64,000 nt of DNA from Methanobacteriota archaeon (GCA_963720465.1 OY970393.1:1536001-1600000), one strand, 5' to 3'; shown: positions 38,195 to 48,759, counted from the first letter of the stretch. Program-made: numbers and translations. Notes: generated by a model from the sequence alone, not told the origin.

Positions 38195-39374
38195 GGTATC
38201 ACCTCGTGCACAGCAGTGATGTTCTTGCAGGGTGTTAGCCGTTTCCCACCTTTTCTACCACTTCGATCGTCGAATGATCGTGTTACACAGGACTGATCAT
38301 TGGCTGAGAGAGCTGTACCGCTTTCATCTCCGACGTGCACGCCGTAGACTCTTGCGGCTTCCTAGCGCGCTATTTTTTGATACGGAAACGCAGTTTTTTG
38401 GTGGCCGACGAGGCGAGTTACCGGGTCTCGCGTGTCGAAATGGAAGTCTCGCAGAGCCCTGACTGTCTGCTGAGGGTTGACGATACGCAACGGAGCGAAA
38501 TGGACCCGTTCGCTTAACGTTAGGTGCCAAACTGTCTCGTGCCCGAAGCAGAAATCCTGTGGCTATCAATCAAAAAAGACGATCGTCTATAAGGCGCTTC
38601 GTCAATTCTATTGCGCCATGCTGTGCGTTGCGTTCGTTAAGCATTCTGCTCGCGTCGTCTTCGCGCAATGAAAGCGAAGGCCACAGAGAGAAGATTGAGC
38701 CCAGTAATGATCCAGGTTCGTGCTTCTCGTGTTCGCAGCCATAGGTTCACCTCCGATTCAAACTGCGCGGATACTCATAAGTCTGCGTTAAGCGAACATT
38801 GTGTGCGAAAACGCGACACTTCCATCGTGTTAGATGTTCGTTTTGCTTGATCAGCGGCTTGCAACGTGCAGGCGCTTCATAATGGATCTACGATTTTACA
38901 TGATTGCACCGAAATCGATACGCAACTATAACAACTGCATGCGTATAATAAACCAGCAAAAACGAAACGGTTAAGGCGGGAAACTGCAATTAGTACACGG
39001 AGCGGTTCCGGTTTATACGCGACCAGGTGCCGCTCCAACTACGATCACTTTGCTCTTCGTCTCTATCGTTGCGCAGCGGTCTCCCTACTTTTGAAAAATC
39101 AGACGGATCATGCATCGCTAAATGATATTCGCGCTCGAAAGCACTTTGAACTCATTGAGCACGTACGAACAGCCGCTGGCGATTGCGACAGACGGGAGTA
39201 CACTTGTCGTATCTCACTAAGTGTTTTCACTTGCGCTGATTCACGCGTTTCTTTGGAGGCTACGATAGATCGACGAAGTGTTGTGACAGCCCCCATTACC
39301 TACTCACTCGACTGTTCTGACTGCGGTGTGAGTGATAGCGGTCACACGACCGCCCTAAGACTCACCGGGTCGTA

Positions 39375-41210
39375 TCACGAGACTGTGATTTTTAGCGGGG
39401 TACTTGAGGCGGCGACGTATTTCGAGGTGCCACTGTAGGTGGTCTTGAAGTAGTAAGTGCCCGACGGGAGAGATCCAGAGAACGCATAGACTCCGTTAGC
39501 GGTGGTGACGGAAGGGCTGCTCGAAGCGAGATAATACGTGCCACCTGAAGCCGATGACCAGTAGAGATAGACGTCGCCGCCTGCCACAGGAACTGGAATC
39601 GATTCTTTAGTTTTTAGGGTGCCAGAGATGATGACAGATTGGCCGACGCCAGGGCTGGACGGAGTGGCAGTTATGGAGAGCTGTGTGGCTAGTTTAGCAG
39701 ATGAGGACGTGACGGTAACCTTAACAACACTGCTGTAGGATGCGAGATAATCGCTAGTGGCGTTGTGGTAGAGGCGGAAGTAATAAGTCCCCGTGCTTCC
39801 AATAGCGCCTGCGAAGGAGCAGCCTCCGTTGACCGTGTTTGCGGCCAAGGCAGACCCGAGCTCCCACGTTTTTTGATCCGTTGATGCCTGCAACCAGACT
39901 GGCTCGCCCGAAAGCGGCGTCTTTGTTGCCGTCGTATAAAGCTGTCCGTAGAATAGTAGTGGTTGGTTGACGGTAGGGGTAGTATTGCTAACGGATATAT
40001 AAAGAACGGTTGACTGCGCACCGGTGCAGTTGATTGTTATTGTGCTGCTGACGCTTCCTAGGTACGTAACATTCCCAGCATAAACGCTGCGGAAGTAGTA
40101 GAGGCCTTGGCCGGTGACAGAGCCATAGAAGAGGTAATACCCATTCGTGGAGCCGTTCGTGCCGTTCCCAGTGGTGGTGGGCTGCGAAGAAGCGGAAGAC
40201 CAGGTCTTAGTATCCAGAGAGTATTGAAGATTAACGGGTGCATTGGGAATGCCGCCACCGGTGCCATTTGTAAGTGTGCCGTAGAGTGTAAACCGTTGGC
40301 CAGACGCAACCTTGCCAGAGACAGCAGAGCTACTTATAGAGAGTTGAGTGCCTATTCTGTTGCGCACGGTGACGGTGATGGGTGTCGAGTTGCTCGCGCT
40401 GTAACTCGCAAAACCGGTAAAGGAGGCTTCGTACTTATACGTCCCGGCTGTGGACTCTGAATAAGTGAGGGTAAAGTTGCCGCCCGCATCGGTGGTATTC
40501 GTCACGCCGGTGGAAACGTATGCGGCGCCGTTCCATCGGTCCAGATGAATGGTTTGATATGGGATTCCTGCGCCAGAGCTGTTCGTAAGGTTTCCCGTGA
40601 TATTGAACGGTTCAGTCGTATTGACCGTCGGTTTATCTACAGAGGCGGTGATCTGCGTGCTGTTCTGCGTCGCTCCGACGTTGATGGTGACGACTCTGCT
40701 TGTCGATGTTAGATAGGTGCTGTTCCCTGCAAACGTCGCGTAATAAGAACGTGTGCCATTAGAGCCAAAGCTCTCTGGGAAGTTGAACGTTGTGTACTTA
40801 GTGGTGTCGTTGTAGCGGATGCCGTTGAGATAATGATAGATGGTGACGGGCCCCGAGATGGGCGTGGCGCCGCTTATCAGGGTGGCGGTGAAGGTGACCG
40901 ATTGGCCGACGGCAGGCGCGGAATTGGTAACAGAGAGAGTGGTCTCCGTCGTGGCTGCCCCGACAGTGGTCACTTTCTGTGTGCTGCTTGCTGAGGAGGT
41001 GGCGTTCGCGCTCGGAGATGCGCTCGGCGTGGCACTGCCTGTTGTGGCATTTCCATTCAACGTGCTATTAGTCGCGTTCGTCGCAACAGCGCTATTCAAT
41101 GTGCCATTCGTAGTCGCGCTCGTCGCAAGAGTAATCGTTGCACACCCGGCAAAAAAGACGGTGATGAGGAGCAGGGCGACAAGTGGCGAAATGAGTTTAA
41201 CCGCTTTCAT
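39375..41210 (-). CDS. Lipoprotein with multiple Ig-like domains
   Basis: Lipobox FAGC, T/S/A linker with many NxT sequons, repeated beta modules. Confidence 0.85.
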   Translation of the reverse strand: MKAVKLISPLVALLLITVFFAGCATITLATSATTNGTLNSAVATNATNSTLNGNATTGSATPSASPSANATSSASSTQKVTTVGAATTETTLSVTNSAPAVGQSVTFTATLISGATPISGPVTIYHYLNGIRYNDTTKYTTFNFPESFGSNGTRSYYATFAGNSTYLTSTSRVVTINVGATQNSTQITASVDKPTVNTTEPFNITGNLTNSSGAGIPYQTIHLDRWNGAAYVSTGVTNTTDAGGNFTLTYSESTAGTYKYEASFTGFASYSASNSTPITVTVRNRIGTQLSISSSAVSGKVASGQRFTLYGTLTNGTGGGIPNAPVNLQYSLDTKTWSSASSQPTTTGNGTNGSTNGYYLFYGSVTGQGLYYFRSVYAGNVTYLGSVSSTITINCTGAQSTVLYISVSNTTPTVNQPLLFYGQLYTTATKTPLSGEPVWLQASTDQKTWELGSALAANTVNGGCSFAGAIGSTGTYYFRLYHNATSDYLASYSSVVKVTVTSSSAKLATQLSITATPSSPGVGQSVIISGTLKTKESIPVPVAGGDVYLYWSSASGGTYYLASSSPSVTTANGVYAFSGSLPSGTYYFKTTYSGTSKYVAASSTPLKITVS

Positions 41211-41742
41211 GATGTACCTCGCAAACAGCTCGTTTATGGTCAACACCAGGTAGAGTGTTATAAGGATTTCGATTTTATCATGAGGCTTTATTAGCTAAGC
41301 CGTCGTGGCTCTCGATGTGTTGGAGCGGTCTAGCTTTACTGAGCGCATAATAATGGGGACGGAGCCGACGCGTCTTTGGATTATTTGACGTTGCGCACTA
41401 CGCGCGGCATGCGCTCAAACGTCTTCAAGCGTCTTGAGCTTATTACTTTCACAACTTCCTCGCGAAAAACCCAACTTCAAGCAAAACCGAGGAGATCGCG
41501 ATGTTGCTGTGCCTTTCGTGTAAGCATTTCTATCAGCTCTGCCCGGTGCCCGAAAAAATGGAGCCCAAGCGGAGATTTGCCAGACACGCGTCCTATCGTC
41601 CCGAGGGGTGTGCGCAGTTTGAACCGGTTGAGTTCAAAAGAGAGCGAAGAGGATGATCTAGATAAATTGCCGCTTCGCGATCAGTATGAGGGTGCCTCGC
41701 GCCTCAGGCCCTTCTCAGTAGAACCAATCTCACGCAAACACT

Positions 41743-43497
41743 TCATCCCTTACCCGCCCAGCTCCGAGCAATCGCCACATCGACATCGAGCGGGACGTTA
41801 CGTAGAAACTCAGCTCCAGCCGCCCTCATGTGGTAGGCGACGGTCTCAGCTACCGCAGCAGCGCGTACCTGTTGCGCTTCGACCACCAACTCATCGTGCA
41901 CACAGCAGACGATTTTTGCCCTCGTAGAACTCAATGCTTCGTGGAGAGAGGTCAACGCGCGTTTCATAATATCCGCAGCAGTTCCCTGTACCCGCGTGTT
42001 CAACAGTTCGGTCAGCTTTGGTTCTTGGCCGTCCTCCCACCTGCGTATTCTTCCGCTCAAGGTCCGGATAGAGACCAAAGGTGTGGTGCTCACGCTGCGG
42101 TGGAACGCCCGCACGCCTGAGTACGCATCAAAGAAACGCCGGCGAAACTCGATCGCATCCTCAAGGGTAAAGTGCACCCCATAGATGTAATTCGCATATC
42201 GTCGTAAGCTCCGTGCACCCATTCCGTAGATGAGGCCGATGTTCAGCACCTTTGCAATAAGGCGCTCGTCCTTCGTCACCTGGTCAAGGGGCGTATCGAG
42301 CACGAGCGACGCGGTCAACCGATGCAAGTCCTCCCCCCGTTGGAACGCCCGCGTCATGGTCTCATCACCGCTGATGTCAGCGACGACCCGCAGCTCAAAT
42401 TGCGCGTAGTCGGCGATCACGAGGCGATGGTCGCGTGCCGCTACAAAACACTCCCGCACCGTACCGTCTCGTGGAATCTGCTGCAGGTTGGGATTGCGGC
42501 ACGCGAATCTCCCGTTCACCGTGCCGACCTGAAGAAAGGTGGGGTGTATCCTCCCCGTCAACGGATGGACGTGCTTAGGGAGTGCATCCAAAAAGCCGTT
42601 TTTAAGCTTTAAGACGTGCTTGTAGCGAATGTAGCGGGGTATTGCGGGATGTAGCTCCTCATACTTCAGCAACTCGCTCTCTCGTACGTTGCGGACGGGA
42701 ACGCCTGCGCTTCTGAAGGCGTGCTTCACCTGCTGGGGGCTACCGAGATTGATGGCGGCGACGTCACCGAGGGTACGCTGTCCCGACGTCGTCAGCTCAC
42801 GACACACCTCGTACGCGAGGTCCCCCTCCAACTCGTTATAGGTGTCCTGCAACGTTCGCCATTGTCCCATATCCATGAGCATGCCGTTGCGCTCCATCGC
42901 CGCAACCGCGGGGAGGCAGTTACATTCTAAGCGCATGCAGTCCGTGAGGCCTGCGCTCTCGATATGCTCCGATAACGCCGCATGGAGGCTCAAGACCACG
43001 CCGACAGTTTGCCCCGCACATTGAAGGTGTCGCTCGGTGAGGGTACCAGCTCGAAAACTGCCGCCCGTTTCCGGCATGTACTCGTCAAGATACGCCCTTG
43101 CCACGGTTTTCAGATCGTGTTTTACCTCCAGCCCGCCCTTAAGCAGTTGCGAGGCAAGCATCGTATCGAAATAGGGGCTTGAGAGGTCGAATCCTGCCTG
43201 ATAGAGGAACTTGAGGGCTAGTTTCCCATTATGCATTACCTTGACGGCCGGTGTCGTAAAGAGGTCGTGCAGCTTCGCCAATCCCCTCTGGGGCACCTGA
43301 GCACAATCAATAACGGCCGGAGGATGGCCGTGTACGACCAATTGAAGCGTTCGTATCCGATCAACAAAGGTGTCGGAACCCGTGGTTCCGAGAGCTAACG
43401 CTATGACCGACGAAGGTGCGATACGCTCAATGATGGCAGTAAGATGTTCTTCAGTGGCGATATATTCGTATTGCGGCGAAACGCTTCGCTGGGTCAT
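41743..43497 (-). CDS. Family A DNA polymerase (Klenow-like) with degenerate 3'-5' exonuclease domain
   Basis: TGRIH, NPNLQQIP, motif A DYAQFELR, motif B RLIAKVLNIGLIYG, QGTAAD, motif C VHDE; no 5' nuclease domain. ATG 43497 preferred. Confidence 0.93.
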   Translation of the reverse strand: MTQRSVSPQYEYIATEEHLTAIIERIAPSSVIALALGTTGSDTFVDRIRTLQLVVHGHPPAVIDCAQVPQRGLAKLHDLFTTPAVKVMHNGKLALKFLYQAGFDLSSPYFDTMLASQLLKGGLEVKHDLKTVARAYLDEYMPETGGSFRAGTLTERHLQCAGQTVGVVLSLHAALSEHIESAGLTDCMRLECNCLPAVAAMERNGMLMDMGQWRTLQDTYNELEGDLAYEVCRELTTSGQRTLGDVAAINLGSPQQVKHAFRSAGVPVRNVRESELLKYEELHPAIPRYIRYKHVLKLKNGFLDALPKHVHPLTGRIHPTFLQVGTVNGRFACRNPNLQQIPRDGTVRECFVAARDHRLVIADYAQFELRVVADISGDETMTRAFQRGEDLHRLTASLVLDTPLDQVTKDERLIAKVLNIGLIYGMGARSLRRYANYIYGVHFTLEDAIEFRRRFFDAYSGVRAFHRSVSTTPLVSIRTLSGRIRRWEDGQEPKLTELLNTRVQGTAADIMKRALTSLHEALSSTRAKIVCCVHDELVVEAQQVRAAAVAETVAYHMRAAGAEFLRNVPLDVDVAIARSWAGKG

Positions 43498-43875
43498 CTC
43501 TGTCTCCGCACGTTCAATACGTGTGTGAATACGCCCTTCGAGCCCCACCGTTGCGCGTACTGCCTTGCTATTTTGGACAAATCTCGCGTGTATCTTCGAA
43601 CGAAAACGGTGGGGTAAACGAGAGGGTATTGAGTCTCTTTCTCTAAAACTGTATGTTTTGTCCAAAAGAAGGATGAAAGTATTTGTCGCTAAAAGCGAGT
43701 CTTAGAACAGCGACGAGAACCGCGACGAAAGATTACCTCAGAATCAAATTATAGCGCATTGCAACCCGACTAGTCCAAGCTTAGATAGCCCCCCATAACG
43801 GGGCGCGAAATCTGAGGTATTAAGCTGCACTAGTAATATAGTGTGATCAACAGTAAAAAATAGAGGCGATGAAAA

Positions 43876-44061
43876 ATGCTAGATAAAACAATTTCTGAGC
43901 ACTTTGTCAACAAAACGATAGAAGTGTACTTCGGCGGCCGGCCGAATGAAACCCTGACTGGCAAGGTAGTCGGAAGTGCCGACGGGGTGATCATCATCGA
44001 GCATGACAACCGCCGGGATATTATCAACGCTGAGCGAGTGGTCGCTTTTTGGGAAAAATAG
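43876..44061 (+). CDS. Small Sm-like protein (MM0924-like)
   Basis: 61 aa; GKVVGSADGVIII, ending VAFW. Confidence 0.7.
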   Translation: MLDKTISEHFVNKTIEVYFGGRPNETLTGKVVGSADGVIIIEHDNRRDIINAERVVAFWEK

Positions 44062-44224
44062 ACGCAACTGACTCAGCCAATGTCCTCCCCTTCTTTTTGC
44101 TTTCTTTAATTCTGTACCCGTTTACGGGAGATTGCATGAATCGAGGGTTTAGAGTCGAGTGTGCTGCCTAAGAGCCACGTACGCCTTTATAGGAAGTAGC
44201 TCTCTCCCCCCCTCGCGAACTTTC

Positions 44225-44268
44225 TTGATCAAGTAAATTTGATGATTATCAAAAAAACTTAACTTGAT
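44225..44268. promoter_or_regulatory. Operator array of ATCAA/TTGAT half-sites
   Basis: ATCAA-N6-TTGAT at 44228 and TTGAT-GATT-ATCAA at 44239-44252, downstream of a TTTATA box near 44186. Confidence 0.5.
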
Positions 44269-44888
44269 AAAGGATGAAGTGCATGATGCCCATGGGGCGT
44301 TGGAGCTGGATTAGACAGGGACATGTGAGACAGTTTCATACCTGCGAAAAGATTGACGCGGCTGATGTCGGAGCTAAGATGGGTGCGGATCCATTAACTC
44401 CTTCCGATGGTCACACTGCTTGAGGCCGCGTCCCAGTCTTTTCGACGATGCACGCCTCTTCACCTCGGGAGATGCGTGCCTCTTCCCTGTTACCAGCTCC
44501 TCTCGAGTCCCTCAGAACGGCTTTGGCCGTCACTGTGCTTGAACAAGTTTTACGATCGGCTGTGAATGATTTGGGGGACCAATACGAACACAACGCAAAG
44601 ATACGAATCTGTGCAGCGATCTGCGCCAGCTCATCAGCCATCTTTAAAAGGAGAAGATAGATACGTTGTACAACGTAATCGCCGTAGCTCACGCCATTAT
44701 CGCGAAGAACGTCGCAGCAACTCCGAAGCTTCTGAACCGTATCTGGACCTCGATGATAATCTGAGTGGCATGGGTTCCCCCATACGACGATTCACGTGTT
44801 TTTTGAGAGATAAAGGCGCGAAGCAGCGTTGCAGATCTGCAACGGGCATTCAGTTCCGTGCTAGTCGCTGCATGAAACTTGTTCCACA

Positions 44889-45923
44889 TCACTTATCGTG
44901 CTTGTGCGGGACTAAGTCGCCATAGTCGTGTCCACTCACGTAGTGATGCTCTTCGCCTGATGCATTGAGCGGATCGACGTGTATCACGGCGTTTGAGAGA
45001 TAGGTAAGGTGATGCAGGAGCTGATGGCGGACCTCTTTCGCAATGACGTGCCCTGCTTCAACTGATAACTCACGATCTGCGGCAATATTTACCTCAGCGT
45101 GGAGGCGGTGACCAATCCACCGGACGCGCACCTCCGTAACATCCTTCACGCCTTCTGTGTGCACAGCGGCATCCCGAATCTCGTCGGGAATGGCAGGATC
45201 GATGCCGTCGATAGCCCGGGTAAACACCTCGTTGCCTGAACTCCACACAATACGCAGGATGGCCACCGTTATGATAAGTCCGATGAGTGGATCGGCAAGC
45301 GGGAAGCCGAGGTACACGCCCACGGCTCCGAAGAACACGGCCAGGCTTGTCAGCCCATCGATGCGGGCGTGATGGCCATCGGCGACGAGCGCAGCGCTTC
45401 CGATCTCCTTGCCAACGTTGATGCGAAAGACCGCAACGATCTCGTTGCCTGCAAACCCGATCAATGACGCGGCCACCACCGCCCACAGAAACTGCACTAC
45501 CTGCGGGTGGAAGAGGCGGTTAATTGACTCGTAGCCTGCCAGAATAGCGCTAAAAAGAATGATGAGCACAATGGCGATGCCTGCCAGATCCTCCACCCGT
45601 CCGTATCCGTAGGTGAAACGCTTCGTCGGCTTCCACGTGCTCATGCGAAAGGCGAGCCAGAGCGGGACGGCCGTCAAGGCGTCGCCCACGTTGTGGATGG
45701 TGTCGGCCAGCAGCGCAACGCTTCCCGAGTAGTAGACGATAACGGCTTGCAGGATGGCGGTCGCCATCAGTCCTACCAACGACCACTTGAGCGCCCAGAT
45801 CCCTCGTTTCGAGGTAAGGATGGACGGGTCAATCACGCCGTGCGTGTGGCCGTGTGAATGCTCGTGTGAAGGCGAATGCGTATCAGCACTCCGATGCGGG
45901 CGCTTAAGAGTCACCATTGACAC
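44889..45923 (-). CDS. Cation diffusion facilitator family transporter
   Basis: His-rich N-terminus, SGSVALLADTIHNVGD, FTYGYGRVED, ADGHHARID, IHVDP. Confidence 0.95.
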   Translation of the reverse strand: MSMVTLKRPHRSADTHSPSHEHSHGHTHGVIDPSILTSKRGIWALKWSLVGLMATAILQAVIVYYSGSVALLADTIHNVGDALTAVPLWLAFRMSTWKPTKRFTYGYGRVEDLAGIAIVLIILFSAILAGYESINRLFHPQVVQFLWAVVAASLIGFAGNEIVAVFRINVGKEIGSAALVADGHHARIDGLTSLAVFFGAVGVYLGFPLADPLIGLIITVAILRIVWSSGNEVFTRAIDGIDPAIPDEIRDAAVHTEGVKDVTEVRVRWIGHRLHAEVNIAADRELSVEAGHVIAKEVRHQLLHHLTYLSNAVIHVDPLNASGEEHHYVSGHDYGDLVPHKHDK

Positions 45924-46005
45924 TGTAGCCTACCAGCGGTAGTAGCCTCCCTAATTATTGGTCGCAAACCTACTGGACTTCAACGCGCCGCAGAGCGTCT
46001 TGATC

Positions 46006-47334
46006 TCACAACGTCTCTTCGTCCTTCGTATTGACGTAATGGAAGAATATGTCCGGACATATCTTGTATATCTTCTTCCCGGCGTATTCCGCCATGTTCC
46101 CGGATGCGAGAAGGATTACGTCAACGCCTCTCGACGCATAGGAAATCGCCTTGTTGATCACATCAACTCCAAAATCAAGTGAAATTGCATGATGCTTCGC
46201 TAGCAGCTTGGCATTTGTCCCCATCGCGCCGATTTTTGTTCCCCTGTTGCTTTCGATCAACTTTTTTGCACGCTCTGCAACACGCTCATCGTACCGTTCG
46301 TTGTCGTGCACTTTGAAGATTACAATGTCCCCTTTCTTTGGAGTGCTGTCATCGTCCAACCCGACGACTGCCATGCCGTCTTTTTGTGTGAGGATTTCTC
46401 CATCGCTAGCACCCTCTGGTGCAACGACCCACGAATCGCGTGAATGAGCAAGCGCAACGCGCTCCCCTTTATGCAACCTCTCGGAATTCTCAAAAAATTT
46501 TATCGATGGCGCTTCGACTTTGGTGACGAGGTCCATTATGTCAAATGGCGCCTCTCCTCGTTTGCAGACGAAGTTCCTCGCCTCTAGTTCGTTATATATG
46601 GATACAAATGACGGTAGTTCGAGACTTGATAGTCGGCCGATCTCCGCATCCGAAAACACGTCTTCTGGAGTTCCACGCCCCACTATCTTTCCATTCTTCA
46701 TAATGACGCATTCATCCGCCCACGAGGCAGCAAACTCAACGTTGTGTGTGGCAACGATGATTGTTCGCCCCTTGGAGTGGAGCTCATCGAGGAGGTCATT
46801 AAATTCAAGGCATCCCAGCGGGTCCAGTCCAGAATGTGGCTCATCAAGGGAGATAATTTCAGCATCCATAATTAAGGTGCCTGCCAAGGCAACCCGCCGC
46901 TTCTCTCCGCCGCTGAGCGCGCCGGGTTGTCTGTCTCGGAGGCGAGTGATGTTGAGCACCTCAAGAACCTCCTCCACTCGTTCCTTTACGCGCGTCTCAT
47001 CCATGCCAAGATTTCTGGGCCCAAAGGCGACGTCCTGGTACACCGTCGGCGCAAACAACTGATCGTCGGAGTTCTGGAAAATCATTCCCACCTTGGTCCT
47101 CACCCAGTTGATATTGGCAGCGTTGACAGGTTTGCCGAGAATTGCCACCTCGCCGCTCGTAGGCATATGGAGGCCATTTAGGTGCAGGAGCAAGGTCGTC
47201 TTGCCACTTCCGTTCTCTCCTAAGAGGACTACCTTTGTGTGCTCTTCAATTTTGAGATTGATGCCGTCCAAGGCAGCGGCGCCGTTGGGGTACTTGAACA
47301 CGACGTTCTTAAACTCTATGGCTGACGCCATCAC
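46006..47334 (-). CDS. cbiO: ECF transporter ATPase (CbiO) with C-terminal extension
   Basis: GENGSGKT, LSGGEK, LDEP, ATH; about 170 extra C-terminal residues. Confidence 0.9.
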   Translation of the reverse strand: MMASAIEFKNVVFKYPNGAAALDGINLKIEEHTKVVLLGENGSGKTTLLLHLNGLHMPTSGEVAILGKPVNAANINWVRTKVGMIFQNSDDQLFAPTVYQDVAFGPRNLGMDETRVKERVEEVLEVLNITRLRDRQPGALSGGEKRRVALAGTLIMDAEIISLDEPHSGLDPLGCLEFNDLLDELHSKGRTIIVATHNVEFAASWADECVIMKNGKIVGRGTPEDVFSDAEIGRLSSLELPSFVSIYNELEARNFVCKRGEAPFDIMDLVTKVEAPSIKFFENSERLHKGERVALAHSRDSWVVAPEGASDGEILTQKDGMAVVGLDDDSTPKKGDIVIFKVHDNERYDERVAERAKKLIESNRGTKIGAMGTNAKLLAKHHAISLDFGVDVINKAISYASRGVDVILLASGNMAEYAGKKIYKICPDIFFHYVNTKDEETL

Positions 47335-48140
47335 AGCACCCCCACCAACACTATGCCTGCGACGATAGCGAGCGCGAATGCTGCGAACAGATAGTCTTTC
47401 TTGGCGAAACGCTCAAACTTACCTCCGATATCGGCGTTTTGCGTATACCCGCGCGCCTGCATGCTCATAATGACTCTATATGACCTATCGAAGGATCGAA
47501 TGAACAGCATCCCTGCGATGACAGAAAGGTTGTTTATTTTTTTAAACCAGCTTAACTTCGAGGAGAAGCCCAGTCTCGCCTGTTGAGCGTGAAACATCGT
47601 CGTGAACTCCCCTGCAATCACCGAGACATAGCGAAACATAAGCAACATTAGGTTCCTCAGCTCAACCGGCATCTTGTACCACCTGAGCGCTTCGATCAAT
47701 TCTAACTGCGACTTGGACTCCACGAGGAGGAACAGAATCGACACTGAAGCAAGGACTCGATTGGCTAGCAGCCACCCTGAGGCGATTCCCTGGGCATATA
47801 CCGGCCAGATTACCGTAAAAACCACTGTGGATCCGTACGTCCAAGCCTGGACGACGAAAAGGAACACAGCGATACCAATGGGGTACAACAACAGTTTCAG
47901 GTAGGCAGCACGTGAACGGACCGAGTACATCGTGATGGAAAGCACCACAACGAAAACGGTACCGGGCACGTACCACCGCGTTGCTGCGGAAAGTGCGAGT
48001 ATGACAATAAAAGCGGCGGGTAGCAGGACCCTGGCATCAACGTGCCTGAAAACGCTGGTGCCGGGGCGATCCGAGCCTAAACCGCTTTCGCCTAGTAGTT
48101 TTGCGGGGTTCCATTCAGGAGCGTATTTCTTTAGATCCAT
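47331..48140 (-). CDS. cbiQ: ECF transporter T component (CbiQ)
   Basis: LMFRY, AQQARLG, LFIRSF, SMQARGY. Confidence 0.9.
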   Translation of the reverse strand: MDLKKYAPEWNPAKLLGESGLGSDRPGTSVFRHVDARVLLPAAFIVILALSAATRWYVPGTVFVVVLSITMYSVRSRAAYLKLLLYPIGIAVFLFVVQAWTYGSTVVFTVIWPVYAQGIASGWLLANRVLASVSILFLLVESKSQLELIEALRWYKMPVELRNLMLLMFRYVSVIAGEFTTMFHAQQARLGFSSKLSWFKKINNLSVIAGMLFIRSFDRSYRVIMSMQARGYTQNADIGGKFERFAKKDYLFAAFALAIVAGIVLVGVL

Positions 48141-48381
48141 CGTTCCCCCTGTCTATATTCGCCTGCGATCTCTGTGGGGTTCGTTCCAGAACTTTAGGGA
48201 AGCTTCATTTTGCAATGGACGTGATGCGTACCCTTAGCGCATCTGGCGGTGAGCTAGCGGGTGGTTTCCCGCCTTTTATCCAGCTGTCTGTGTCTCACAT
48301 ACCGGCCCAGGAAAAGCATCGTAAAAAACCCTAGAGTGGTGAATAGCCCCGATAATGGATCCCCATTTATTATTTCAACCA

Positions 48382-48696
48382 TCAGTTGTGCCTCGTAACT
48401 TCAGTTGTACCTTGTATGTTACTTGTTTCTTCGAACGTCATTACCCAAAGGTAGCCGCAGAAGAAGCCGCCTGCCATACCGATCGAACCAAATCCAATGT
48501 ATTCCATGTTTTGAGTAACGTAGTACCACGAATCGTGGGCCTGTCCACCCCCAGCTGCGGTAGCTAGATCGTTAACCTTGTCATCAGCGCCCCCACTCAT
48601 ATTGAAGCCAAGGGCGGTTCCAACGTAGAAGCTGGTGATGATGAACGCACACAGTAGCGCACATGCTATCAACGCATTCTTAGTAAATTTGTCCAT
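48382..48696 (-). CDS. cbiN: CbiN-like accessory membrane protein
   Basis: Two TM helices flanking a GGADD loop; position between cbiM and cbiQ. Confidence 0.7.
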   Translation of the reverse strand: MDKFTKNALIACALLCAFIITSFYVGTALGFNMSGGADDKVNDLATAAGGGQAHDSWYYVTQNMEYIGFGSIGMAGGFFCGYLWVMTFEETSNIQGTTEVTRHN

Positions 48697-48759
48697 CCTA
48701 CTTACCTCCTACAGTCGACCTGGTCGGCTCCGGCGTATAGCCGGCGGAGCTACATCATT

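Noticed and set aside
38200-39370. Short ORFs or a riboswitch between the HtrA gene and the Ig lipoprotein
   Set aside because: No motifs, coding signal or recognisable RNA core.
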